Shown: positions 17,441-25,668 of the stretch, in pieces
How positions within the stretch are numbered: the stretch's first letter is position 1
Layout of the letters: each line of letters starts with the position of its first letter
From: Streptococcus parasanguinis
Lineage (GTDB): Bacteria > Bacillota > Bacilli > Lactobacillales > Streptococcaceae
DNA length: 64,000 nucleotides
Reading direction: 5' to 3'
NCBI GenBank assembly: GCA_032560535.1
Contig: JAWGIA010000003.1
Span: forward strand, 10,842-74,841
Notes under the pieces: generated by a model
What the model was told of the DNA's origin: nothing
Database searches by the model: none
Seen by the model: the letters and a program-made list of their open reading frames with translations, nothing else
Position numbers and translations under genes: made by a program

Positions 17441-18457
17441 ATGACAACTTCAGTATTCCAAGGACGTAGCTTTTTAGCAGAAAAAGACTTTACACGTGCA
17501 GAGTTAGAATACCTTATCGGACTTTCAGCTCACTTGAAAGATCTTAAAAAACGCAACATCCAACACCACTACCTAGCTGGTAAAAACATTGCGCTTTTGT
17601 TTGAAAAAACTTCAACCCGTACTCGTGCAGCCTTCACTACTGCAGCCATCGACCTTGGTGCTCACCCAGAATACCTTGGTGCAAACGACATCCAACTTGG
17701 TAAAAAAGAATCTACAGAAGATACTGCTAAAGTTCTTGGACGTATGTTTGACGGTATTGAATTCCGTGGTTTCAGCCAACGTATGGTTGAAGAATTGGCT
17801 GAATTCTCAGGTGTTCCAGTATGGAATGGTTTGACTGACGAATGGCACCCAACTCAAATGCTTGCAGACTACTTGACTGTTCAAGAAAACTTTGGACGCC
17901 TTGAAGGTTTGACACTTGTGTACTGTGGTGACGGACGTAACAACGTTGCAAACAGCCTTCTTGTAACAGGTGCTATCCTTGGTGTGAACGTACACATCTT
18001 CTCACCAAAAGAACTCTTCCCAGAACAAGAAATTGTTGAATTGGCAGAAGGATTCGCAAAAGAAAGTGGCGCTCATATCTTGATCACTGAAGATGCTGAC
18101 GAAGCTGTGAAAGGTGCAGATGTACTTTACACTGACGTTTGGGTATCTATGGGTGAAGAAGACAAATTTGCAGAACGTGTTGCCCTTTTGAAACCTTACC
18201 AAGTAAACATGGATTTGATTAAGAAAGCTGATAACGAAGACTTGATCTTCTTGCACTGCTTGCCAGCCTTCCACGATACAAATACTGTTTACGGTAAAGA
18301 TGTAGCTGAAAAATTCGGCGTAGAAGAAATGGAAGTTACTGACGAAGTGTTCCGTAGCAAATATGCTCGTCACTTTGACCAAGCTGAAAACCGTATGCAC
18401 ACCATCAAAGCGGTTATGGCAGCGACTCTTGGTAACTTGTACATTCCAAAAGTTTAA
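17441..18457 (+). CDS. arcB: Ornithine carbamoyltransferase (catabolic)
   Basis: Motifs STRTR, HPTQ and HCLPAFH. 338 aa. Confidence 0.97.
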   Translation: MTTSVFQGRSFLAEKDFTRAELEYLIGLSAHLKDLKKRNIQHHYLAGKNIALLFEKTSTRTRAAFTTAAIDLGAHPEYLGANDIQLGKKESTEDTAKVLGRMFDGIEFRGFSQRMVEELAEFSGVPVWNGLTDEWHPTQMLADYLTVQENFGRLEGLTLVYCGDGRNNVANSLLVTGAILGVNVHIFSPKELFPEQEIVELAEGFAKESGAHILITEDADEAVKGADVLYTDVWVSMGEEDKFAERVALLKPYQVNMDLIKKADNEDLIFLHCLPAFHDTNTVYGKDVAEKFGVEEMEVTDEVFRSKYARHFDQAENRMHTIKAVMAATLGNLYIPKV

Positions 18458-18483
18458 GACTTTATAACCGTATACCAACAGCT

Positions 18484-18526
18484 ATAGGGGCTGGACTGCT
18501 AGCTTTAGTCCTGCCCCTATTTTTTA
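18484..18526 (+). terminator. Strong rho-independent terminator between arcB and arcC
   Basis: ATAGGGGCTGGAC...GTCCTGCCCCTAT followed by TTTTTT. Confidence 0.75.
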
Positions 18527-18542
18527 TAGAAAGGGAAAACTT

Positions 18543-19487
18543 ATGTCAAGAAAAATCGTCGTTGCTTTGGGAGGAAATGCTATTCTCTCATCTGATCCTT
18601 CTGCTCAAGCTCAACAAGAAGCACTTGTAGAAACAGCAAAACACTTAGTCAAGTTAATCAAAAATGGGGATGACTTGATCATCACTCACGGAAATGGTCC
18701 TCAAGTAGGGAACCTTTTGCTTCAACACTTGGCAGCAAACTCTGAAAAGAACCCTGCTTTCCCACTTGATTCATTAGTTGCAATGACCGAAGGAAGCATT
18801 GGCTACTGGCTTCAAAATGCTCTTCAAAATGCTCTTCTTGAAGAAGGAATCGAAAAAGACGTGGCTTCTGTTGTGACACAAGTCGTTGTTGATAAGAATG
18901 ACCCAGCTTTTGTCAACCTCAGCAAACCAATCGGTCCATTCTACTCAGAAGAAGAAGCAAAAGCAGAAGGTGAAAAATCAGGAGCAACTTTCAAAGAAGA
19001 TGCTGGTCGTGGCTGGCGTAAAGTTGTGGCTTCACCAAAACCAGTGGATATCAAAGAAATCAATACCATCCGTACTTTGTTGAACGACGGTCAAGTCGTT
19101 GTAGCTGCCGGTGGTGGCGGTATCCCAGTTGTGAAAGAAGCAGATGGTAGCCTATCTGGTGTTGAAGCGGTAATCGATAAAGACTTCGCCTCTCAACGTT
19201 TGGCTGAATTAGTAGAAGCAGACCTCTTCATCGTTTTGACTGGTGTCGATTATGTCTTTGTGAACTATAACAAACCAGACCAAGCAAAATTGGAACATGT
19301 CAATGTAGCTCAATTGGAAGAATACATCAAACAAGACCAATTTGCACCAGGAAGCATGCTTCCTAAAGTGGAAGCTGCCATTGCCTTTGTAAATGGTCGC
19401 CCAGAAGGAAAAGCAGTTATTACATCACTTGAAAACCTTGGCGCTTTGATTGAGTCTGAAAGTGGAACAATCATCCAAAAAGACTAA
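18543..19487 (+). CDS. arcC: Carbamate kinase
   Basis: 314 aa. The N-terminus VVALGGNA and HGNGPQVG are typical of carbamate kinases. Confidence 0.95.
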   Translation: MSRKIVVALGGNAILSSDPSAQAQQEALVETAKHLVKLIKNGDDLIITHGNGPQVGNLLLQHLAANSEKNPAFPLDSLVAMTEGSIGYWLQNALQNALLEEGIEKDVASVVTQVVVDKNDPAFVNLSKPIGPFYSEEEAKAEGEKSGATFKEDAGRGWRKVVASPKPVDIKEINTIRTLLNDGQVVVAAGGGGIPVVKEADGSLSGVEAVIDKDFASQRLAELVEADLFIVLTGVDYVFVNYNKPDQAKLEHVNVAQLEEYIKQDQFAPGSMLPKVEAAIAFVNGRPEGKAVITSLENLGALIESESGTIIQKD

Positions 19488-19552
19488 TGAAAAATTAGGA
19501 AAAAACTAGTATTTTAAAGCTTATTGTGATAGAATAAATCTATAGGTAAGCG

Positions 19553-19575
19553 TTTTACAAGAGACTCTTGTAAAA
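19553..19575. promoter_or_regulatory. Perfect 11-bp-arm palindrome in the arcC-arcD spacer (operator or RNA hairpin)
   Basis: TTTTACAAGAG-a-CTCTTGTAAAA, downstream of a TGaTAGAAT extended -10 (19527-19535) and upstream of the arcD SD. Confidence 0.5.
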
Positions 19576-19611
19576 CATCACTCACACTTTGTTGCGTTAG
19601 GAGGAAGACAA

Positions 19612-21123
19612 ATGAGTGAAAAAACGAAAAAAGGATTTAAGATGCCTTCATCTTTTTCCGTATTGTTAATTATCATTGCTATTATGGCAGTGTTAACTTG
19701 GATTATTCCAGCTGGTCAATACAAGGTTGACGATGCAGGTGCTATCATTGCAGGTAGTTATGAATCTGTAAAAGCACATCCTCAAGGGATTTGGGATGTC
19801 TTGATGGCCCCAATCAATGCCATGCTTGGTAAAGCACCAACCAGTGCAGCGATTGATGTAGCCTTCTTCATCTTGATGGTCGGTGGTTTCCTTGGAGTTG
19901 TGAACGAAACAGGTACCCTTGATGTAGGGATTGCTTCTATCGTTCGTAAATACAAAGGCCGCGAAAAAATGTTGATTTTGATCTTGATGCCATTGTTTGC
20001 CCTTGGTGGTACAACTTATGGTATGGGTGAAGAAACCATGGCCTTCTATCCACTTCTTGTACCTGTTATGATGTCCGTTGGTTTTGACAGTTTGACAGGG
20101 GTAGCAATTATCCTCTTAGGATCCCAAATCGGATGTTTGGCGTCAACATTGAACCCATTTGCGACAGTTATCGCATCTGATACTGCAGGTATCTCAAGTG
20201 CTTCAGGTCTCTTACTTCGTGTGATCTTCTGGATCGTATTGACAGGACTTAGCACATACTATGTATACCGTTATGCAGATAAGGTTCAAAAAGACCCAAC
20301 CAAATCTCTCACCTATGCAACTCGTGAAGAAGATTTGAAACACTTCAATGTTGAAAGTGGCGAAGAAATTCCTTCACAAATGAACAAGAAACAAAAACGT
20401 GTCTTGGTCGTCTTCATCTCAACATTCGTTATCATGGTTGCTGGATTTATCCCATTCAAAGATTTGGGTATTAAATTCTTTGAAACCTTCAACGAATCTC
20501 TCCATAAAATTCCAGTACTTGGTCAATTGATCGGTAACACAGATGCTCTTGGTACATGGTACTTCCCTCAAACAGCTATGCTCTTTGCCTTCATGGGAAT
20601 CCTCGTTGGTATCATTTATGGCTTGAAAGAAGATAAAATTATTTCATCTTTCATGAATGGTGCAGCTGACCTCTTGAGTGTTGCTCTTATCGTAGCGGTA
20701 GCACGTGGTATCCAAGTCATCATGAACGACGGTATGATCACTGCGACAATTCTTCACTGGGGTGAAGAAGGACTGAAAGGTCTTTCATCTCAATTGTTCA
20801 TTGTCTTGACTTACATTTTCTACTTGCCAATGTCATTCTTGATCCCATCATCATCTGGTCTTGCCAGTGCAACAATGGGTATCATGGCACCTCTTGGTAA
20901 ATTCGTCAATGTACCAGGTAGCTTGATTGTCACAGCTTACCAATCTGCATCTGGTGTCTTGAACTTGATCGCACCAACTTCAGGTATCGTAATGGGAGCT
21001 CTTGCTCTTGGACGTGTTGACTTGAGTGCATGGTGGAAATTCATGGGTAAATTGGTCGTAGCGATTGTTGTAATCACCATTGCCCTTCTTCTACTAGGAA
21101 CTGTGGTTCCATTCTTGCAATAG
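19612..21123 (+). CDS. arcD: Arginine/ornithine antiporter-type membrane protein (YfcC/DcuC-like family)
   Basis: 503 aa, polytopic (12 or more TM). The position after arcC is as in streptococcal ADS loci. Confidence 0.8.
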   Translation: MSEKTKKGFKMPSSFSVLLIIIAIMAVLTWIIPAGQYKVDDAGAIIAGSYESVKAHPQGIWDVLMAPINAMLGKAPTSAAIDVAFFILMVGGFLGVVNETGTLDVGIASIVRKYKGREKMLILILMPLFALGGTTYGMGEETMAFYPLLVPVMMSVGFDSLTGVAIILLGSQIGCLASTLNPFATVIASDTAGISSASGLLLRVIFWIVLTGLSTYYVYRYADKVQKDPTKSLTYATREEDLKHFNVESGEEIPSQMNKKQKRVLVVFISTFVIMVAGFIPFKDLGIKFFETFNESLHKIPVLGQLIGNTDALGTWYFPQTAMLFAFMGILVGIIYGLKEDKIISSFMNGAADLLSVALIVAVARGIQVIMNDGMITATILHWGEEGLKGLSSQLFIVLTYIFYLPMSFLIPSSSGLASATMGIMAPLGKFVNVPGSLIVTAYQSASGVLNLIAPTSGIVMGALALGRVDLSAWWKFMGKLVVAIVVITIALLLLGTVVPFLQ

Positions 21124-21140
21124 AATAAAGTAGGTGTTTC

Positions 21141-22475
21141 ATGAAAAATAGAATAAAGAACGATGTAAAAGAGCAGTATTTAAACTCGCTTCAAACCATC
21201 ATTTCTTACCCCTCAGTATTAAACGAAGGGGAAAATGGAACACCGTTTGGACAAGCTATCCAAGATGTCCTAGAAAAAACCTTAGAGCTTGCTCGAGAAT
21301 TAGGTTTTCAAACATATATAGATCCTGAAGGATACTATGGATATGCAGAGATCGGTCAGGGGGAAGAACTCCTGGCCGTTCTTTGTCACTTGGATGTTGT
21401 TCCAGCCGGTGATCTAAAAGATTGGCAAACGCCACCTTTTGAAGCGACCATTGTCGGTGATTATTTAGTAGGTCGTGGTGTGCAGGATGATAAGGGGCCG
21501 TCCCTCGCTGCTCTCTATGCAGTTAAGAGTTTGCTGGATGATGGCATCCAGTTTACCAAACGAATCCGCTTTATCTTTGGGACGGATGAAGAAACCTTGT
21601 GGCGCTGTATGAACCGCTACAACCAAATCGAAGAACAAGCAGATCTTGGATTTGCACCGGATTCCTCTTTCCCATTAACCTATGCTGAAAAAGGCTTATT
21701 ACAAGTGAAATTGCATGGTCCAGGTTGGGATGATCTTCCCTTACAGGCTGGACAGGCCCTCAATGTTGTTCCAGACAAGGCGACCTATGCTGGTCATCGT
21801 TTGGAGGAGTTGCTTCCTGTTTTGGATCAAAGTGGGGTTCAGTATAGCCAAACAGAAGATTCTGTAACTGTTTTGGGTGTTTCCAAGCACTCTAAAGATG
21901 CAGCTGAAGGAGTGAATGCTATTGTCGGTTTAGCGGAAAGTTTATCCCTCATCCAACCCCATCCAGCTTTGCTCTTTATCGCAGATGCTGTTGGTGAGGA
22001 TGCAACGGGAGAAGCACTATTTGGCCCTATTTCAGATGAACCAAGTGGGGATCTTTCCTTCAATCTTGCGACCCTTGTGATCGATCAAGAACAATCGGAA
22101 ATCGGGATTGATATCCGGATCCCCGTCTTAGCAGACAAGGATGCCTTGGTAGCTCGTTTGCAAGAAATTGCAGCCAGCTATCAGTTGGAATATGAAGAGT
22201 TTGATTATTTAGCTCCTTTATATGTTCCTTTGGATAGTCCTTTAGTCAGCTCTTTGATGGCCGTCTATCAGGAAGAAACTGGTGATAAGACACCAGCTAT
22301 GTCTTCTGGTGGTGCGACATTTGCGCGGACCATGGAAAATTGTGTTGCCTTTGGGGCTCTTTTCCCAGGTGCAGAACAGACCGAGCACCAAGCCAATGAA
22401 CGTGCAAAAATTGACGATCTCTACGCTGCGATGGAAATCTATCGAGAAGCCATTCAACGCTTAGCCACCATATAA
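21141..22475 (+). CDS. arcT: M20-family dipeptidase (PepV-like; ArcT)
   Basis: 444 aa with metal-binding HLDVVPAGD and GRGVQDDKGP. The position after arcD fits ArcT. Confidence 0.8.
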   Translation: MKNRIKNDVKEQYLNSLQTIISYPSVLNEGENGTPFGQAIQDVLEKTLELARELGFQTYIDPEGYYGYAEIGQGEELLAVLCHLDVVPAGDLKDWQTPPFEATIVGDYLVGRGVQDDKGPSLAALYAVKSLLDDGIQFTKRIRFIFGTDEETLWRCMNRYNQIEEQADLGFAPDSSFPLTYAEKGLLQVKLHGPGWDDLPLQAGQALNVVPDKATYAGHRLEELLPVLDQSGVQYSQTEDSVTVLGVSKHSKDAAEGVNAIVGLAESLSLIQPHPALLFIADAVGEDATGEALFGPISDEPSGDLSFNLATLVIDQEQSEIGIDIRIPVLADKDALVARLQEIAASYQLEYEEFDYLAPLYVPLDSPLVSSLMAVYQEETGDKTPAMSSGGATFARTMENCVAFGALFPGAEQTEHQANERAKIDDLYAAMEIYREAIQRLATI

Positions 22476-22505
22476 AAAAGTTTGGAAACTTGGTTTCCAA
22501 ACTTT
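22475..22505. repeat. Direct repeat copy 1 = terminator hairpin of arcT
   Basis: AAAAAGTTTGGAAACTTGGTTTCCAAACTTT, 11-bp stem at 22479-22503. It is identical to 22924-22954. Confidence 0.9.
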
Positions 22506-22923
22506 CAGATTGAAGACAAACTTATACTAAAAACTTTCCTTAGGTGAGTACGGACGTCAGCGAACTTCTACGAAGTTCCAAGACTAAATCAAGATACTAA
22601 GGGCGTCTGCGGATAAAGTCAAAATAGGAAGTTTGACGCGTAATCTTTCGATTCTAGGAGAACTTATCTTTTTGACACAATCCGCAGCCCGTGTTCAATT
22701 TGTATTGAGCCCCCTCGCTCTTTAATTTCTGGGCTCAGGCTAAAACAGTTTCCCAAACTGTTTTACTCTCAATAATTCCGAGTGCCTGAAACAATTTTAT
22801 TTCAGGCACTTTTCTCACGGCGGAAAGTTTCAGTGTTTTTTTCATTCATTCAAAAAATAAGAACACATTTTAATTTTTTTGCAGAATCGCTCACCTTATT
22901 TTAAGATAGTTTGTCTACATTTT
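22506..22923. mobile_element. 418-bp non-coding MITE-like insertion with imperfect terminal inverted repeats and a BOX-like structured core
   Basis: Bounded by exact 31-nt direct repeats. TIR blocks AGACAAACT...AGGTGAG at 22514-22548 match their complement at 22890-22916. No ORF of 60 or more codons. Multiple internal hairpins. Confidence 0.55.
22707..22815 (+). ncRNA. Candidate small RNA inside the insertion (three hairpins, the last terminator-like)
   Basis: Putative promoter TTGACA 22672-22677, 17-nt spacer, TGtTCAATT. Hairpins: TGAGCCC/GGGCTCA (22706-22737), AAAACAGTTT/AAACTGTTTT (22742-22764), AGTGCCTGAAA/TTTCAGGCACT (22781-22810) plus TTTCT. Confidence 0.3.
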
Positions 22924-22954
22924 AAAAAGTTTGGAAACTTGGTTTCCAAACTTT
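22924..22954. repeat. Direct repeat copy 2 = terminator hairpin of arcR
   Basis: Exact 31-nt copy of 22475-22505. It abuts the arcR stop codon (22955-22957, minus strand). Confidence 0.9.
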
Positions 22955-23425
22955 TTATTTACTAAAGAAGAAGGGTGGGGTGAATTCTTTTAATTTTTCA
23001 AAGCAATCCAAAGCTCCTTGATTGTCTTCGCAGATAACCAAACAGACATCGTCTCCACAGATGGTGGCTACAATTTCTTGGAGTTCCAATGCATCTAAGA
23101 TCGCTCCAAAGGATTGGGCAAGACCTGGAAGAGTTTTTACAACGACCTGGTTTTGAACGGGCCGCAACATGACTAAGGCATCTTCCATATACATACGCAG
23201 GCGCTTCTCCCAACGGGAAGGAGCGATGGTATTCATGGCATAGTAGGAACTATCCCCCTCGTTAATTTTTACTAGATTCAAGGATTTGACATCCCGTGAA
23301 AGGGTGGACTGGGTAACGAGAACGCCATTGGCTTCAAGGGCCTCTTGGAGTTCTTGTTGGGTATGAATCCTACGCTCAGAAATGATAGAGCGGATCAAGC
23401 GGTGGCGGCTTTCAACTTTATTCAT
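22955..23425 (-). CDS. arcR: ArgR-family arginine-responsive transcriptional regulator
   Basis: 156 aa with a winged-helix N-terminus ([33 protein letters not shown]) and a C-terminal oligomerisation domain (GDD). SD AAGGAG. Convergent with the arc operon. Confidence 0.8.
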   Translation of the reverse strand: MNKVESRHRLIRSIISERRIHTQQELQEALEANGVLVTQSTLSRDVKSLNLVKINEGDSSYYAMNTIAPSRWEKRLRMYMEDALVMLRPVQNQVVVKTLPGLAQSFGAILDALELQEIVATICGDDVCLVICEDNQGALDCFEKLKEFTPPFFFSK

Positions 23426-23436
23426 GAGAGACTCCT

Positions 23437-24465
23437 TTACTTGATGAACATAGCATCCCCAAAACTGAAGAACCGGTAGCGTTCTTGAATAGCATGGTGG
23501 TATGCTTCGAGGGTTAATTCACGGCCTGCAAAGGCAGAAACCAACATGACCAAAGTTGATTTTGGAAGGTGGAAGTTGGTTGAAAAGGCATCGACGACTT
23601 TCCATTCATAACCTGGTTTGATAAAAATATTGGTCCAACCTGAATCGGCCTGGATGTCTCCATCAAATTTGTTACCAATCGTTTCAAGGGTCCGAATAGA
23701 AGTCGTTCCGACGGCTACGATACGTTTCCCTGCAGCTTTTACCTGACGAAGGGTAGCAGCAGCTTCTTCAGAAAGTTGGTAAAATTCAGAGTGCATCTCA
23801 TGGTCTTCAAGATTGTCCACGGATACTGGACGGAAGGTTCCTAGGCCCACATGAAGGGTCAAATAGACCAGGTGAACCCCTTTTGCTTCAATTTTTTGGA
23901 GCAATTCTTGGGTGAAATGAAGACCTGCCGTCGGAGCTGCAGCAGAACCATTTTCTTTGGCGTAAACGGTTTGGTAACGCTCGCGGTCAGCCAGTTTTTC
24001 ATGGATATAGGGAGGAAGTGGCATTTCACCAAGGCTTTCCAAAACTTCTAAAAAGATCCCTTGGTAGTGGAAGCGAACGATACGGCCTCCGTGCTCTAAT
24101 TCTTCCTCAACGGTTGCGGTCAACCGACCATCTCCGAAGCTGACTGTGGCCCCTACCTTTAAGCGTTTTGCAGGTTTTGCCAAGACTTCCCAACAGTCAT
24201 CTTGCGTATTTTTAAGGAGAAGGAATTCGACGTGACCACCTGTTTCTGGTTTGACTCCATGAAGGCGGGCTGGTAGAACGCGCGTATTGTTCATGACAAG
24301 GGCATCTCCTGGCTCCAATTCATCCAAAATTGCATCAAAATGACGGTCTTGGAATTGCCCTGTTTTTCGATCAAGGATCAAGAGTTTAGAGGCATCTCGT
24401 TTTTCAAGAGGGGTTTGGGCAATCAGTTCTTCAGGCAAATCAAAGTCAAAGTCGTTGGTATTCAT
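23437..24465 (-). CDS. queA: S-adenosylmethionine:tRNA ribosyltransferase-isomerase
   Basis: 342 aa. [24 protein letters not shown] and the rest are typical of QueA. Confidence 0.95.
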   Translation of the reverse strand: MNTNDFDFDLPEELIAQTPLEKRDASKLLILDRKTGQFQDRHFDAILDELEPGDALVMNNTRVLPARLHGVKPETGGHVEFLLLKNTQDDCWEVLAKPAKRLKVGATVSFGDGRLTATVEEELEHGGRIVRFHYQGIFLEVLESLGEMPLPPYIHEKLADRERYQTVYAKENGSAAAPTAGLHFTQELLQKIEAKGVHLVYLTLHVGLGTFRPVSVDNLEDHEMHSEFYQLSEEAAATLRQVKAAGKRIVAVGTTSIRTLETIGNKFDGDIQADSGWTNIFIKPGYEWKVVDAFSTNFHLPKSTLVMLVSAFAGRELTLEAYHHAIQERYRFFSFGDAMFIK

Positions 24466-24476
24466 TTGCGCTCCTT

Positions 24477-24647
24477 TTATAATAAATTTGTGAGTAGATA
24501 GATGGTAGTCCCGACCGCTAAGAGCATCAGGCAGATTCCCATCAAAAAGATCAGGACCTTGAGAATCTTTCTTTGATGAATCAAGAAAGATAAGAGAAAG
24601 ACAAGGAGTCCGATCAAAAAAATGATGAATAATAGTGATACAATCAT
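24477..24647 (-). CDS. Small hydrophobic membrane protein (56 aa, 2 predicted TM), hypothetical
   Basis: The ORF-track entry 24477-24713 starts at GTG with no SD. ATG 24647 ([13 protein letters not shown]...) sits 7 nt after TGaTATAAT. The stop lies 11 nt upstream of the queA start, next to the queA SD. Confidence 0.45.
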   Translation of the reverse strand: MIVSLLFIIFLIGLLVFLLSFLIHQRKILKVLIFLMGICLMLLAVGTTIYLLTNLL

Positions 24648-24713
24648 ACCTTTCATTATATCACGAATCGACTTGAAAATGAAAAAAATGCCAGAAAAAG
24701 ATAGCGGTTTCAC

Positions 24714-24742
24714 TTGACAAAAATTGGTCTATACCATATAAT
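24714..24742 (+). promoter_or_regulatory. nagB promoter with embedded NagR (GntR/HutC-type) operator
   Basis: TTGACA 24714-24719, 17-nt spacer, TATAAT 24737-24742. The spacer holds ATTGGTCTATACCAT (24723-24737), with a TGGTnTAnACCA core. Confidence 0.7.
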
Positions 24743-24772
24743 AAAAGCATAGAGAAATAGGAGGTCTATCCA

Positions 24773-25480
24773 ATGAACATTATTGAAGTAAAGGACCAAA
24801 TTGAAGGTGGAAAAGTTGCCTTTGATATATTAAAAGAAACCTTAAAGGAAGGTGCTCAAACCTTAGGTCTTGCGACTGGAAGCAGTCCCCTTGAGTTTTA
24901 TAAACAAATTCGTGAAAGTGATCTGGATCTGTCTAATCTAATCAGTGTGAACTTAGATGAATACGTAGGGTTGACGGGAGATGATCCTCAATCTTATCGG
25001 TATTTTATGGAGAAAAACCTCTTTGATGCCAAACCATTCAAAGAAAGTTATCTCCCATCAGGTGTAGAAGAATCTGCCGATCAGGAAGTGATCCGTTATA
25101 ACAAAATACTCGAAGACCATCCAGTGGACCTACAAATCTTGGGAATCGGACGCAATGGGCATATCGGTTTTAATGAGCCAGGGACATCCTTTGATAGTCA
25201 GACCCACTTAGTTCAGTTGGATGACTCTACCATTGAGGCTAATTCTCGTTTCTTTGATAAGATCGAAGATGTACCAACCCAAGCCATTTCGATGGGAATT
25301 GCCAATATCTTAGCAGCGAAATCGATTGTCTTGTTTGCCTATGGGGAATCAAAAGCCCAAGCAATCAAAGGTACAGTAGAGGGTGAAAGGACAGAAAAAG
25401 TGCCAGCTAGTGCCCTTCAAGGACATCCAAATGTGACCATTATTGCGGATAAGGAAGCCTTGAGCTTGTTAAGTCGATAA
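24773..25480 (+). CDS. nagB: Glucosamine-6-phosphate deaminase
   Basis: 235 aa with GLATGSSP and [15 protein letters not shown]. Confidence 0.95.
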   Translation: MNIIEVKDQIEGGKVAFDILKETLKEGAQTLGLATGSSPLEFYKQIRESDLDLSNLISVNLDEYVGLTGDDPQSYRYFMEKNLFDAKPFKESYLPSGVEESADQEVIRYNKILEDHPVDLQILGIGRNGHIGFNEPGTSFDSQTHLVQLDDSTIEANSRFFDKIEDVPTQAISMGIANILAAKSIVLFAYGESKAQAIKGTVEGERTEKVPASALQGHPNVTIIADKEALSLLSR

Positions 25481-25488
25481 AAAACAGG

Positions 25489-25527
25489 ACCTATCGCCGA
25501 TTTATTCGGGCCAGATAGGTTTTTTTC
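25489..25527 (+). terminator. Rho-independent terminator after nagB
   Basis: ACCTATC...GATAGGT outer stem with a GC-rich inner part, followed by TTTTTTT. Confidence 0.65.
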
Positions 25528-25668
25528 TGCTTCAAAATATGGTACAATACAAGTAATTATCTGCTGGGATTAGCTCTTTTCATCTACTGGGAGACAAGAG
25601 GAAAGGGCATGAGGGCTAGAAGCTTATTTTAGCCTCCAGCTGATTAGTCTGTTATAAAGGAAAAGTTT

